Origin: Candidatus Aminicenantes bacterium
Lineage (GTDB): Bacteria > Acidobacteriota > Aminicenantia > Aminicenantales > Saccharicenantaceae
Length of the DNA stretch: 64,000 bases
Direction: 5' to 3'
NCBI GenBank assembly: GCA_963743205.1
Contig: CAVUOW010000003.1
Span: 169,497-233,496, forward strand
A program made the position numbers and the translations under genes. Below, one piece after another: positions 9,409 to 19,400 of the stretch. The notes below the pieces were generated by a model, which saw only the letters and a list, made by a program, of their open reading frames with translations, was not told where the DNA came from and searched no databases. Each line of letters begins with the position of its first letter. Positions within the stretch are counted from its first letter, which is position 1.

Positions 9409-12400
9409 GAGCGTTGCCGCCGTAAAGAGATCGATTGGTTCGTAGTGATGGTGGTGAAGGTTCGGCTTGGAGGGTTGAACGTATAACCGGAGAGAATCGG
9501 TGTCACCGATCCCGACCAGCCATAATTGACGCTGACGAGAAACGTCCCTGACGTATCGGTTGTGGGGTCGCCGGGTAATCCGGTCATATGAACTCCGAGG
9601 AGACCGATCGCGCCGAGACGCACATTCCCCGAAATCGAGAGGGGCGTTGCCGGGACGTTGTAATTCTGACTGCTTTGGCTCGAGGCCAGGTTCGTGTAGG
9701 TCCTGCTCGCGGGCGAGAACGTATGCCCGGCCGCGAAGGGGATGGCGGTTCCCGACCAGCCGGCCGGGACCCTGTCCGCATAGCTGCCGTCGGCGGCCGA
9801 GACGGGGGTATTGGGCAATCCGCGGAGGACAACTCCGCCGAGCGGGGTGCCGCCTTCGTCGAAAACAAACCCGGTGATGTCCAGATACGTGGTCGTCTCG
9901 GCGGCCACAACGAGAGTCAAAGTCTGGGTGTCGATCGTTCCGTTCCGGTCGGCGACGCGCGCGGTGAAGCCAAAGGATCCGGTCACGGCCGGTGTTCCGC
10001 TGATGACGCCGCCGCTGTCGAGGCTCACCCCATCAGGCAGCGCGCCCGACGAAAGGCTCCAAGAGCGGGGCCAGACCCCGCCGACCGCCTGGAGCGTCGC
10101 GCCGTACCAGACGCCCTGGACCCCGCTCGGGATCGACGTCGTTGTAATGTTCAGGGGATCCGGGGTCGTATTCGAATCGATGTTTATGGCGTACTGCTGT
10201 GTGTCGAACTGACCGCCGGAATCCACTCGAACGATGAACTGGTACGTCCCGGCCTGCGTCGGCGTTCCGAGGATGGCCCCTCCGGCGGCGACGGACAACC
10301 CGGGTGGAAGTTCTCCAGCATTCAGGCTCCAGACGTAGCTCCCGGCTCCGCCGTATGCGTTCAGAGGGGCATTGTAGGAATACCCCACGACTCCGTCAGG
10401 GAGAGAAGCCGTTCCGATCACCAGATCGGTCGCGTCGGCGGGCGGGACCTGGCTGCCCAGGGCGACGTCCATGGAGTTGACCGCATGGGAGGTCACGGCG
10501 AAACCGAGGGATTGGATGAACTCATCGACCGTCACGGCCTGGGTCGAGACGCCCGCGGCCATTGTGCCCATGGCCATTTGCGGGCTGCTCGCGACGTTTG
10601 AGGTGCCGGAATCGAGCACGCGCAGGTCGACCACGACCTCTTCGCCGGGAGCCACCGAGAACGTGGCGTTCTCGATGTCGGCGTTGACGATGTTGGGGTT
10701 GACGATATTCGGATTGACGATGTTGGGGTTGACGATATTGGGGTTGACGACGTTCAAGACGAGTTCGTGATGCGGCTCCTGCTTCAGCGAGCAGGCCTCC
10801 ACCCCCACGGCCTTGAGCTCGGCACCGGTAACGGCCGGAGTGTAGTGGACCCGGTAGACGAGAAGCTGGACATAGACCCCCTGCGGCGGGGACTTCTTGG
10901 CCAGGGTCTTTAGGCTGTACGACGTGGTCGCCGTGCCTTCGTTCCTGACAGTCCACTCGACGTCCGTGGCCGTAACGTCATCGGGATTGGCGTTGACGAT
11001 ATTCGGATTGACGATGTTCGGATTGACGATATTGGGGTTGACGATATTCGGATTGACGATGTTCGGATTGACGATATTGGGATTAACAATATTCGGATTG
11101 ACGATGTTGGGGTTGACGATATTGGGATTAACAATATTCGGATTGACGATATTGGGGTTGACGATATTGGGATTAACAATATTAGGGTTAACAATATTCG
11201 GATTGACAATATTGGGGTTGACGATGTTTGGATTGACGAACCAGTTGACGATGTTCGGGTTGGCCGAATTGACGATGTTCGGATTGTGCGTCTCCTGGTT
11301 GCCCGACATCTGCGGGTTCGACGTGTCGCTGTTGATGTCGATGAAGCTCGTCAGGCCGTCGGCGATGGTCCCTCCGGAAGCGTCGATCTCGTTGACATTG
11401 ACGGTCACTTCGGCGTTGACGTCGGACGAGCGGATGAAAACAGTGCGGGAAATGGTCGAGTATGGCGCGATGTCGGCGTCGAGGGACGAGAGGAGGCGGA
11501 ACTGGTCGAACGAGGCCTGTCCTCCCGCAGGCTGGGCGGCGATCGAGAGCCTGAAGTGCCTGAAGGTTTCGGTGTTGTTCTGGACGTAGACGACGAAGGC
11601 GCGGGCGACGCCGTTGGCCAAGTTCAGAGGCTTGTCGTTGACCGGAGCGCCGGCGACGACACCCCAGGTGAGGCGGGAGGTATAGATGTTCTGGTTCCGC
11701 ATCCCTGGCTCGTTGCCGCTGCCGTTCGAGTTGCACGAGGGATGGTCCGGGCTGATATAGGCGGACGCTTGGCTGGAAGCCGGCGGAGTGTAGGAGGTCC
11801 AGTTCCCGTCGAGCGGAGGCCGGACGTCCCGGTTGTCGGCCCAGGCCACATGGAAGACGGGGTCTCTCTGGTCGTCCGAGTTGAAGATCCAGTTCCTCCA
11901 GGTATCCTGCCGGAAGGAGGGTGAGGCGGCGATGTCGATGTAGTCGCCGTTGAACGGATTGCGCCCGCCCTTGAATAGAGGATAGTTAACGCAGTTGAAC
12001 TGGACGGGGAAGATAATAGGTTGGCCGTTCTCGTAGACGATCTCGCCGAACTGATCCCTCAGAAGGGCATGGAGGTAGCGGGAGACCTGGCTGGATTTCC
12101 AGACAAGATTCGGGAAGGTCGAAGTTTCTGCTTCGGCCGCCCAGACGTCCATGGTGTGACGGTAGGGGAGGCTGTCAATGACCCATTTGTTGTAGCCGTA
12201 CTCGGTCGCGGAAACGTCGCGCCGCTGATCGACCCAGACCAGGGCCAGCTTCCCGGCCGCGAAGGCCATCGACGGCATGATCTGGTGGCCGAGGAAGGGG
12301 AGCCCATTCTTGTCGACAGAGGCCACGGGTTGGGGGACCGACCAATTGCTGCCGAAGTAGGAGCTCGACAGAACGATCCGGGCGTCGCCGGATGGACCCT

Positions 12401-13538
12401 GCCCTCGCTGCGACCAGGCGAGATACACGTGGCCGCTCTTGTCCACGGCCATCGTCGGGTAGCTGTTGGTCCGGAACGCCGGGCCGGCTGCGGTCCCCGG
12501 CAGGGCTTGCGTTTCGTCCGTCGTCGGCTGGTCGAAGGGAGTGACGTCGGCGACCTTGACCGGGCTCTGGAAAGACGCTCCCCGACTGAGGGATTGGGCG
12601 ACATAAATGGTGTCCGGGGTCCGGCCCGAAACGCCGAAACGGCGCCAGGCGACGAGGACTTCGCCGATAACGGGCTTGACGGCGATTGTCGCGCCCTGCT
12701 GCGCGAAGCTGCCCGTGCTCAGCTTGATCGGCGTTCCCCAGCTTGTGCCGCAATCGGTCGAACGGGCGAACATGATATCGCCGAGCAGCGTTGTCGTGCC
12801 CGAGAACGAGCTGTAGGCGATGTAGACGTTGTGGCGGGGAAAGGTCTGGCCGCTGATCGTGATATTGGTCAGCGGGACGCGGGGCTGGTCGACCGAGATC
12901 CAGGGCTTGTCCAGGAATTTCGTCGCCGTGCCCTTGGCGATGATCTTGGTGTCGATATAGCGGATCGTGCCGCCGTTTTCCTTGTTGTTGTCGTCGATGA
13001 AGCGAGCTACGAAGACGACGCCGAGGTTGGTGTCCCGGTTGAAAGCGATGCCGCTGAAATAGAAAAGTCCGCTCGGGCCCGAGCGCACGACGGGGTCGGC
13101 CGCCGCGCGATAACCTCTGAGGGGGTTATTGCCCGAATCCTGCGGGAAGCCCGGGAGCATGGTGCTCGTCCAGGACTCGCCGCCGTCGTAGGACATGAAG
13201 ACGCCGAGCCAGGCATCGCCGACCGCGGCCGTGGGCTGCTTGCCGGGAAGTTCGCCCTCGGACGTCGGCATGTCGACGGTCCGGTAATCGTTGGCTCCGG
13301 CCAGGAGATGGAGCGGGTTGCGGGACGATACGGCGATCGACGGCTCGTTCTGCCTCTGAAGCCAGGGGTCGCCTCCCGGGAGCGTCATGCCGGAAACCAT
13401 ATTGACGTTCCGGCCCGAGATGACGGTCGGAGTCTGGGGTATGGCCTGGCTCGAGAGCCTCGAACCGGCGACGATCCAGACCACGGCTACGGCCAAGAAG
13501 ACAAGGAAAGCATACGACGACAGGCGGCGGATGGACAT
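9309..13538 (-). CDS. giant secreted BNR/Asp-box and NPNIV-repeat protein, N-terminal segment of the giant gene
   Basis: Preferred start is ATG 13538, with GAGGAGG a few nt upstream, giving the signal-like MSIRRLSSYAFLVFLAVAVVWIV. Asp-box motifs SYDGGESW and STDCGTSW, NPNIV arrays, He_PIG-type modules (LPPGLSV..G.I.GTP) and carboxypeptidase-regulatory-like modules. The last ~40 residues before the stop at 9309 (RRQRSWDRRAGLSSPRARAA...) look out of frame. Confidence 0.8.
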   Translation of the reverse strand: MSIRRLSSYAFLVFLAVAVVWIVAGSRLSSQAIPQTPTVISGRNVNMVSGMTLPGGDPWLQRQNEPSIAVSSRNPLHLLAGANDYRTVDMPTSEGELPGKQPTAAVGDAWLGVFMSYDGGESWTSTMLPGFPQDSGNNPLRGYRAAADPVVRSGPSGLFYFSGIAFNRDTNLGVVFVARFIDDNNKENGGTIRYIDTKIIAKGTATKFLDKPWISVDQPRVPLTNITISGQTFPRHNVYIAYSSFSGTTTLLGDIMFARSTDCGTSWGTPIKLSTGSFAQQGATIAVKPVIGEVLVAWRRFGVSGRTPDTIYVAQSLSRGASFQSPVKVADVTPFDQPTTDETQALPGTAAGPAFRTNSYPTMAVDKSGHVYLAWSQRGQGPSGDARIVLSSSYFGSNWSVPQPVASVDKNGLPFLGHQIMPSMAFAAGKLALVWVDQRRDVSATEYGYNKWVIDSLPYRHTMDVWAAEAETSTFPNLVWKSSQVSRYLHALLRDQFGEIVYENGQPIIFPVQFNCVNYPLFKGGRNPFNGDYIDIAASPSFRQDTWRNWIFNSDDQRDPVFHVAWADNRDVRPPLDGNWTSYTPPASSQASAYISPDHPSCNSNGSGNEPGMRNQNIYTSRLTWGVVAGAPVNDKPLNLANGVARAFVVYVQNNTETFRHFRLSIAAQPAGGQASFDQFRLLSSLDADIAPYSTISRTVFIRSSDVNAEVTVNVNEIDASGGTIADGLTSFIDINSDTSNPQMSGNQETHNPNIVNSANPNIVNWFVNPNIVNPNIVNPNIVNPNIVNPNIVNPNIVNPNIVNPNIVNPNIVNPNIVNPNIVNPNIVNPNIVNPNIVNPNIVNPNIVNANPDDVTATDVEWTVRNEGTATTSYSLKTLAKKSPPQGVYVQLLVYRVHYTPAVTGAELKAVGVEACSLKQEPHHELVLNVVNPNIVNPNIVNPNIVNPNIVNADIENATFSVAPGEEVVVDLRVLDSGTSNVASSPQMAMGTMAAGVSTQAVTVDEFIQSLGFAVTSHAVNSMDVALGSQVPPADATDLVIGTASLPDGVVGYSYNAPLNAYGGAGSYVWSLNAGELPPGLSVAAGGAILGTPTQAGTYQFIVRVDSGGQFDTQQYAINIDSNTTPDPLNITTTSIPSGVQGVWYGATLQAVGGVWPRSWSLSSGALPDGVSLDSGGVISGTPAVTGSFGFTARVADRNGTIDTQTLTLVVAAETTTYLDITGFVFDEGGTPLGGVVLRGLPNTPVSAADGSYADRVPAGWSGTAIPFAAGHTFSPASRTYTNLASSQSSQNYNVPATPLSISGNVRLGAIGLLGVHMTGLPGDPTTDTSGTFLVSVNYGWSGSVTPILSGYTFNPPSRTFTTITTNQSISLRRQRSWDRRAGLSSPRARAAASAGPFGPPSPSSKSRT
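10684..10746 (-). repeat. in-frame 15-nt tandem repeat, NPNIV block 2 (4 units)
   Basis: Plus strand reads ttgacgatgttgggg / ttgacgatattcgga / ttgacgatgttgggg / ttgacgatattgggg. This translates on the minus strand to VVNPNIVNPNIVNPNIVNPNIVNADI. Confidence 0.9.
10993..11283 (-). repeat. in-frame 15-nt tandem repeat, NPNIV block 1 (16 uninterrupted units plus 2 flanking units)
   Basis: Sixteen consecutive 15-nt units starting at 10993 (ttgacgatattcgga and synonymous variants), then two more units separated by WFV and SA. Unit start anchored on the 10897 ORF frame. Confidence 0.9.
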
Positions 13539-13717
13539 CGGACCCTCCTCTTGCTGTTCCGGCACAGAAGGGCGGGCTAAGGCACAGAAAAGGCTATCTT
13601 TTCTGGCTTAGTGGGTTTGTCGGACCTGTAGTGGGTGAATTGGAACGGAAAATGGCGCTTCCCCCTGGCGCAGTGACTGTTGATAACCCCTCCCGCCTTT
13701 CCAGTTGCGGCACCCCG

Positions 13718-13746
13718 ATATTAGGAGTGGAGGATTCGAATGTCAA
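13718..13746 (-). promoter_or_regulatory. putative sigma70-type promoter of the giant gene
   Basis: Minus strand reads TTGACA-TTCGAATCCTCCACTCC(17 nt)-TAATAT, in the AT-richer 310-bp gap upstream of ATG 13538. This implies a ~170-nt leader. Sequence-pattern call only. Confidence 0.4.
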
Positions 13747-13875
13747 GCCGTTTTAGGCGTCAATTAGGACAAAGATCAGGGAGAAGATAGGACATAATGC
13801 GACATTCTCCGAAATCGGGGACACAATACCAATTCCCCAATTTTCCGGACTTGGATTGGCCGCGGCCCCCAGAGC

Positions 13876-15207
13876 TCAACGACCGGAATACACGGTTTTG
13901 CGACGCCCGATGACCAGGATGGCGACACCGGTGGCATAGCCCAGCGTCAGGGCGGGCCCCACGGAATCAGCGCCCACAGTCTTGAGGACGAGGACCATCA
14001 AGATGAATACGGCGGTCGTCACGGCGAGCTGGACGCCCACGGCCACGCTGATGGGGGCCGTGCGGTGGGCCCTGACCAGGACGCCGCGCTCGTAGGACAG
14101 GACGGCCTCGAGGAAGGGGAGAAGGACGAGGAGCGCGCCCGGCAGGATGGAGAACGCCGCGAGTTCGGGCGAGAGGCCCGAGACGGTCCCGTACCAGACC
14201 GTGGCCAGAGGCGTGAACACGACGGCGGCCAGGCCGACGGTCGAGATTATCCCTACCTTGAGCGTGAACCGGTTGAGGATCCGCTTGTTTTCGCCGCCCT
14301 CGCCGACAAGGGCGATGACGACCTCCTGAATGGCGATGCCGGCCGTGCGGAAGACGAAACCCAGGCCGACGACGACGGGCAGAACGGCCAGCGATTCGAG
14401 AGGCATGCGGCCGCGAGCCAGGAAGAATGTGGTCAGCGGATTGATGAAGAACGATAGGAACGAGGTCAGGGCGAGCGGGGCGTAGAAGCGCACGACCCCG
14501 CCGGCCGTGAGCGAATGGCCGAACGCGCATTCCGCGTCGTTTTGGCGCCTGAGACACCGGACGGTCGGCCGGGCCATGAACCAGCTCGCGGCGCCTTCGG
14601 CGAGGACACCGGCACCGAGAGCGCCAGCCCCGACGCTCGCGCCGGGCATGCGGAAAACGAGGGCGAACACGAGACCGGTCGCGGCCATGGTCGTGAGGCG
14701 GATCACCGTCCCCCAGGTCACGGCCTGCGGGCGGCCGTCGCTGATGAGGATCCCCTGGTAGAACCGGCGGAACCCGATGGCCCCCGGCCAAAGGACGAGA
14801 AAGATCATCGCATGACCGGCGAGCTTCGCGACGTCGGCTTCGAGGCCCATGATCCCCCGGGCGACGAAATTGAAGACAGGCGGAGTGACGAGGACGATCA
14901 TGACCGCGGTGACGGTCGCGTTGAGGACGTTCGAGAAGCGCCTCAGCTTGCGGTAGGCGACGCCGTCTTTGACCAGGGCGTTCGAGGCCGAGAGCATCAT
15001 GATGATCGGCGATTCGACCATCCAGGCCAGGGCCGTGGCCACGGCGAAGGCGGCCAGGTTCTCTTTCGGCGCCGCGAGGCGGGCGATGAGCGCCGCTACG
15101 AACGGGCCTTCGGCGGCCATCATCAGCCAGGTGGCCTCGAGAGGAAGCCAGAAGCGGGCGATGCGGCCCGACGTGAGGGCTGTCGGCGATGTTTCGTGTT
15201 GGCGCAT
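13876..15207 (-). CDS. polytopic membrane transporter, MATE/MOP-superfamily-like
   Basis: 443-aa ORF that is hydrophobic throughout, with about 12 helices by eye. The N-terminal region resembles MatE/flippase-type transporters. Family assignment is from recollection only. Confidence 0.5.
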   Translation of the reverse strand: MRQHETSPTALTSGRIARFWLPLEATWLMMAAEGPFVAALIARLAAPKENLAAFAVATALAWMVESPIIMMLSASNALVKDGVAYRKLRRFSNVLNATVTAVMIVLVTPPVFNFVARGIMGLEADVAKLAGHAMIFLVLWPGAIGFRRFYQGILISDGRPQAVTWGTVIRLTTMAATGLVFALVFRMPGASVGAGALGAGVLAEGAASWFMARPTVRCLRRQNDAECAFGHSLTAGGVVRFYAPLALTSFLSFFINPLTTFFLARGRMPLESLAVLPVVVGLGFVFRTAGIAIQEVVIALVGEGGENKRILNRFTLKVGIISTVGLAAVVFTPLATVWYGTVSGLSPELAAFSILPGALLVLLPFLEAVLSYERGVLVRAHRTAPISVAVGVQLAVTTAVFILMVLVLKTVGADSVGPALTLGYATGVAILVIGRRKTVYSGR

Positions 15208-15311
15208 AGTAAGCGCAACAGGATAGCATGTCCCGCGGCGGCAGGCAATCGGCCGCGATTGATTCCGCGACGTCTCCTGTGCTATATCAGGCCCAGTGTC
15301 AGGGGGCGTTC

Positions 15312-16325
15312 ATGAGCAAGCCGATCCCCAAAGAAGGCATCGTTCAACTGCCGTGGGAGGAACAGCTCCGCTCGTTCGCTGAGCTCGCGAGCGACGCCGT
15401 GGATTCGGCCTCCTACGGGCAGTTCGAATCGCGATGCGAAGCCTTCGGGTTGCGGCTCGCCGCCGACGAGATCGTCATTCTGGCCGCCCTCGACGCCCCG
15501 GCGAAAGTCCAGGAATTCCTCGACACCCGCCTCTACTACAACGACGACCACGCTTCGGTCGATCAAGAGGAGACGGCCATGCCGCCGCGGCTCGTCCTGC
15601 AGACGGGCATGGCCCATTGCTTCGAGGGGGCCATGTTCGCCTACGCCGTGAACTTCCTCCACGGCCACGAGCCGCGCCTGGTCATGCTCGAGGCCAGCCA
15701 GGACGCGGACCACAATCTCATCGTCTGTCGCGACAAGAGCACGGGCCTTTACGGCGCGAACGCCCAATCGCGCTACCCGGGCCTCGTCGGCCGTCCCGCC
15801 GAATACCCGACGCTGAGGGCCCTCGCGGAGAGCTATGTGCCGTTCTATTTCAGCGACCGGACGCTCGATCCGAAGGACCTGACCCTGGTCGGCTTCTCGG
15901 AGCCGGTCGATCTCGCCGCCAAGTTCGGCACGGCCTGGATGGGCTCCGTGGAACCGCTCTGGGACATCTATTACACCTATATCGACGACTCGGTTCCCTT
16001 CCATTACTTCTTCGATGACCCGGGACGGCCGCATCTCTACCCGGCCGTGCGCGCCCTCAAAGAGAATTGGGTCCGCCTGGATGCCGCCGGCGAGCCCCAC
16101 GTCAGCTTGGATGATCTGCCGTCCGGAGCGAAAAAAGAGTGGGACGCCTTCTGGAGCGTCTACGGTCCCAAGGACGGGCCGCGTCCGCGGGGGAGAGCCA
16201 AGGAGATCGAGCAGGCCTTCTTCCGGCTCACCGGCACGACGCCGATCGACCTCGACGATATCGCTTTCGATCTTCAGTTCTACCTGGCCGCCGGCTACCG
16301 CCTCGATCAGATCATAAAACGGTGA
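15312..16325 (+). CDS. hypothetical protein
   Basis: Start moved to ATG 15312, in frame with the 15228 ORF and with a G-rich RBS-like stretch upstream. Composition is coding-like and no family was recognised. The AHCFEGA Cys motif is the only landmark. Stop TGA 16323-16325 lies inside palindromic repeat A1. Confidence 0.55.
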   Translation: MSKPIPKEGIVQLPWEEQLRSFAELASDAVDSASYGQFESRCEAFGLRLAADEIVILAALDAPAKVQEFLDTRLYYNDDHASVDQEETAMPPRLVLQTGMAHCFEGAMFAYAVNFLHGHEPRLVMLEASQDADHNLIVCRDKSTGLYGANAQSRYPGLVGRPAEYPTLRALAESYVPFYFSDRTLDPKDLTLVGFSEPVDLAAKFGTAWMGSVEPLWDIYYTYIDDSVPFHYFFDDPGRPHLYPAVRALKENWVRLDAAGEPHVSLDDLPSGAKKEWDAFWSVYGPKDGPRPRGRAKEIEQAFFRLTGTTPIDLDDIAFDLQFYLAAGYRLDQIIKR

Positions 16326-16424
16326 CACACAACTAAATACACTTAATTCCCCGCAAATCTACGCCGTCCTTTCGGGAGAAGCGAACAGAGAGCGCGAGTT
16401 AAGTGTATTTAGTTGTGTGTCACC
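16321..16424. repeat. family-A palindromic element, copy A1 (28/26-nt arms, 50-nt loop)
   Basis: GGTGACACACAACTAAATACACTTAATT ... TTAAGTGTATTTAGTTGTGTGTCACC. It fills the gap between convergent stops at 16325 and 16432. Confidence 0.9.
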
Positions 16425-16431
16425 GAAATTA

Positions 16432-19400
16432 TCAGCGTTTCTTTTGGTAGTCGGGGTAGGCCGGCTTTTTGTGCTTCGGGGGCGGGTTCTTGGCCAGCAG
16501 ATCCATGGCGACTTCGACCGCTTTCTCGAGCTGAGCGTCGTGTCCCGCCTTGATCGCGGCCGGCTCTATCTGGACCTCGAAGTCCGGATCGACGCCGTGG
16601 TTCTCGACGTCCCACGTCCCGTTCGGATTCCAGAAGCCGCTCTGCGGCGCGCCGACGAACCCGCCGTCCATCAGCGGGGCCGCCCCGGCCATGCCGACCA
16701 ATCCGCCCCACGTCCGCATCCCGACGAGCGGTCCGATCCCGGCCGCCCGGAAAAGCCAGGGCATCATGTCGCCGCCCGAGCCGGCGTATTCGTTGATGAT
16801 CATGACCTTGGGCCCGTAGATCGAGCCCACGGGCGTCTTATAGTCGACGCCGTCGCGTGCGGCGAAGTAGCCCATGAGCGGCCGCCGCATGTAATCGATG
16901 ATGTAATCGGCGATCAGCCCGCCCTGGTTGAAGCGCTCGTCGATGACCGCGCCTTCCTTGCCGACCTGGGCGAAATAATAGCGGTTGAAGTTCGTGTAGC
17001 CGCCCTCGGCCGTGTCCGGCAGCCAAACGTAGGCCAGCTTGCCGCCGCTCAGCTTGTCGACTTTCCGCCGATTGTCCTCGACCCAGGCCAGGTTGCGCAG
17101 GCCGCCTTCGCTGCCGACCGGGACCACGGTGACCTCGCGGGCGCCCTTGCCGTCGGGAGTCGGGCCGACCTTAATTACGGTCTGCTTCCCGGCCGTGGCC
17201 TCGAAGGGCTTGTAGACCTCCTCGGCCGCCGTGACCTCCCGTCCGTTGACCGCCAGCAGGTACTCGCCCGCGGCGACGTTGACGCCGGGCTGGGTCAGAG
17301 GCGCCTTGAGCCGCGGGTTCCAGTTCTCGCCGTTGTAGACGCGGGCGAACCGATAGCGCCCGTTCTCGATCTTGTAGTCGGCGCCGAGAAGGCCCACGCC
17401 GATCGTCTTCACCTCCGGCAGGTCTCCGCCGCCGACGAAGACGTGGCCGCAGGTCAGCTCGCCGAGCATCTCTTCGAAGAGATAGTTCAGGTCCTGGCGG
17501 CTGGCCACCCCCTCGACGTAGGGGGCATACCTCTTCTCCGCGGCCGCGAGGTCGAGACCGTGGTGGTTCGGGTCGTAGAAGAAATCGCGCTCAAGGCGCC
17601 AGGTCTCATGGTACATCTGCTTCCACTCGACGAGGGGCTCGACACGAACCTCCATCCCGCCCGTGTTGAGCACACCCTTCCCGGGCTCCACCGGCCCCGC
17701 GGCCGCGGCGATCGTAAATTGCGGCCCCTGGCTGATCAGGATCTTTTCGCCCGTGGCCGAGATCGTGAAGCCGTTGACGCCGTCCAGGAACTTGTCGGTC
17801 TTGCGCGTGCTCAGGTCGAATTTTTGGATGGAGTTCGAGGACGAACCGCCGAGCATGGCTGTGAACGCCTGCGGCGCCTCGAGCAGGAACACGATGCCTT
17901 CTTTCCCCGTGACGAGGGAGACGTAGTTTTTTGCCGGGACCGGCAAGGCCAGGATGCGCTGGCTGATCCCCTCGAGGTCGATGACGACCTTTTCCGGTTC
18001 TTTGGCCGCTTCCTTGTCTTTATCCTTGTCCTTTGTCTCGCCGGCCGCCGGTTTCGCGGCGCCAGCCTTGGCCGCATCCGCCTTTTCCGGCTCCTTGGGC
18101 TTCTCGTCGTCGCTCTCAGGCGCGAGCGGCGAGGGCAGGTCCTTCTTTAGCACGGCGACATAGACGCTCCGCGTGACCGGCCTGTCCATGCTCGACATGT
18201 TCAGCCACCCGGGCGTCAGTCCGACGTCCGTGCTGGCCGTGAAGAAGAGATATTTCCCGCTCCGGTCGAACGCCGGATACTTGGCGTCGCTCAGGCCGTC
18301 CGTGACTTGCGAGGCCTGGCCGCTCTCGATCGAATAGACCATGACGACGTCCATGTGGCTGGGAACCTGTTTGGCGTACGTCAGCCAGCGGCTGTCCGGC
18401 GACCAGCCGAAATCGAAGGTGAACGTCGGGTTGTAGTAATAGGTCGTGTCGACCTTGACCGGCACGCCCTTGGCGATATCGACGTACCAGAGGGTCAGCC
18501 GCTTGTCGTTGTAAGCGATCTTCTTGCTGTCGGGCGACCAGACGGGCCGGTAGAAGAAGGACGGCGGCTCGCCGAGCCCGATCGTCTTCGCCGGCCCCTG
18601 CCCGGCCTGGTCCCGGATGTGCAGGGCGTATTCCCCCGATTCGTCCGAGAAGTAGGCGATCGACTTGCCGTCAGGCGACCACGAGGGATCGCGCTCCATG
18701 ACGCCGGTCGTCTGGGTCAGGTTGCGGATGTCGCCCTTCTCGGCCGGCACGGTCAGGATCTCTCCGCGGGCTTCGAAGACCGCCCGGGCCCCGTTCGGCG
18801 AGATCGCGGCCGCGGAGATGCGTTGTCCGACCTTGACGTAGTGCGGCCGGACCTCGGGCAGGTCCCCCTCGAGCGAAACGGATACCGGATGGGCCTTCCC
18901 TGTGGCCGGGTCGAAGAGATGGAGGGCGCCGAACTGTTCGACGATGATGCCCCCGGGCCCGGCTGAAGCCGATTTGAAATCGAGGCCGTTGTTCGGCAGG
19001 ACCTGATCGACCTTCTTGGTCGCCAGGTCGTAGACGAAGAGCGACACGGGGCCCTTCCGGTCGGACAGGAAATAGATCTTGTCGCCGACCCAGAGCGGGT
19101 TGGAGTCGTTGGAATTGTCACGCGGGATCTTCTCGACCTTGAGGTCGGCGAGCGAGACGATCCAGATCGGCGTCGTCTGGCCGCCCTTGTAGCGTTTCCA
19201 GGCCACCTGCCACTGCATCGTCGGGACGTAGGCTAGGCGCGACCCGTCGGCGGAGAATGAGGCGGAGACGCCTGTCGGCAGAGGCAGTTCCTCGGGGAAG
19301 CCGCCGTCCAGGCCGACCGTGAAGAGCGTCGGGATGCCCGAGGCGCTCGACCGCGCCGACCGGAAGACGATGCGCTTGCCGTCGGGCGTCCAGCCGACGA

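Noticed and set aside
9400-9445. Programmed -1 ribosomal frameshift joining the two giant ORFs
   Set aside because: There is no canonical X XXY YYZ slippery heptamer and no obvious downstream stimulatory structure. The window has many other unprogrammed-looking 1-nt breaks.
16417-18150. 577-aa plus-strand ORF opposite the tricorn-like protease. Similar cases: 12021..13580, 29556..31067, 37795..39336, 40019..41695, 56299..57672 and 60641..61852.
   Set aside because: All are antisense to genes with strong motif support and have low-complexity R/G/D/P/A composition typical of out-of-frame or antisense translation in high-GC DNA.
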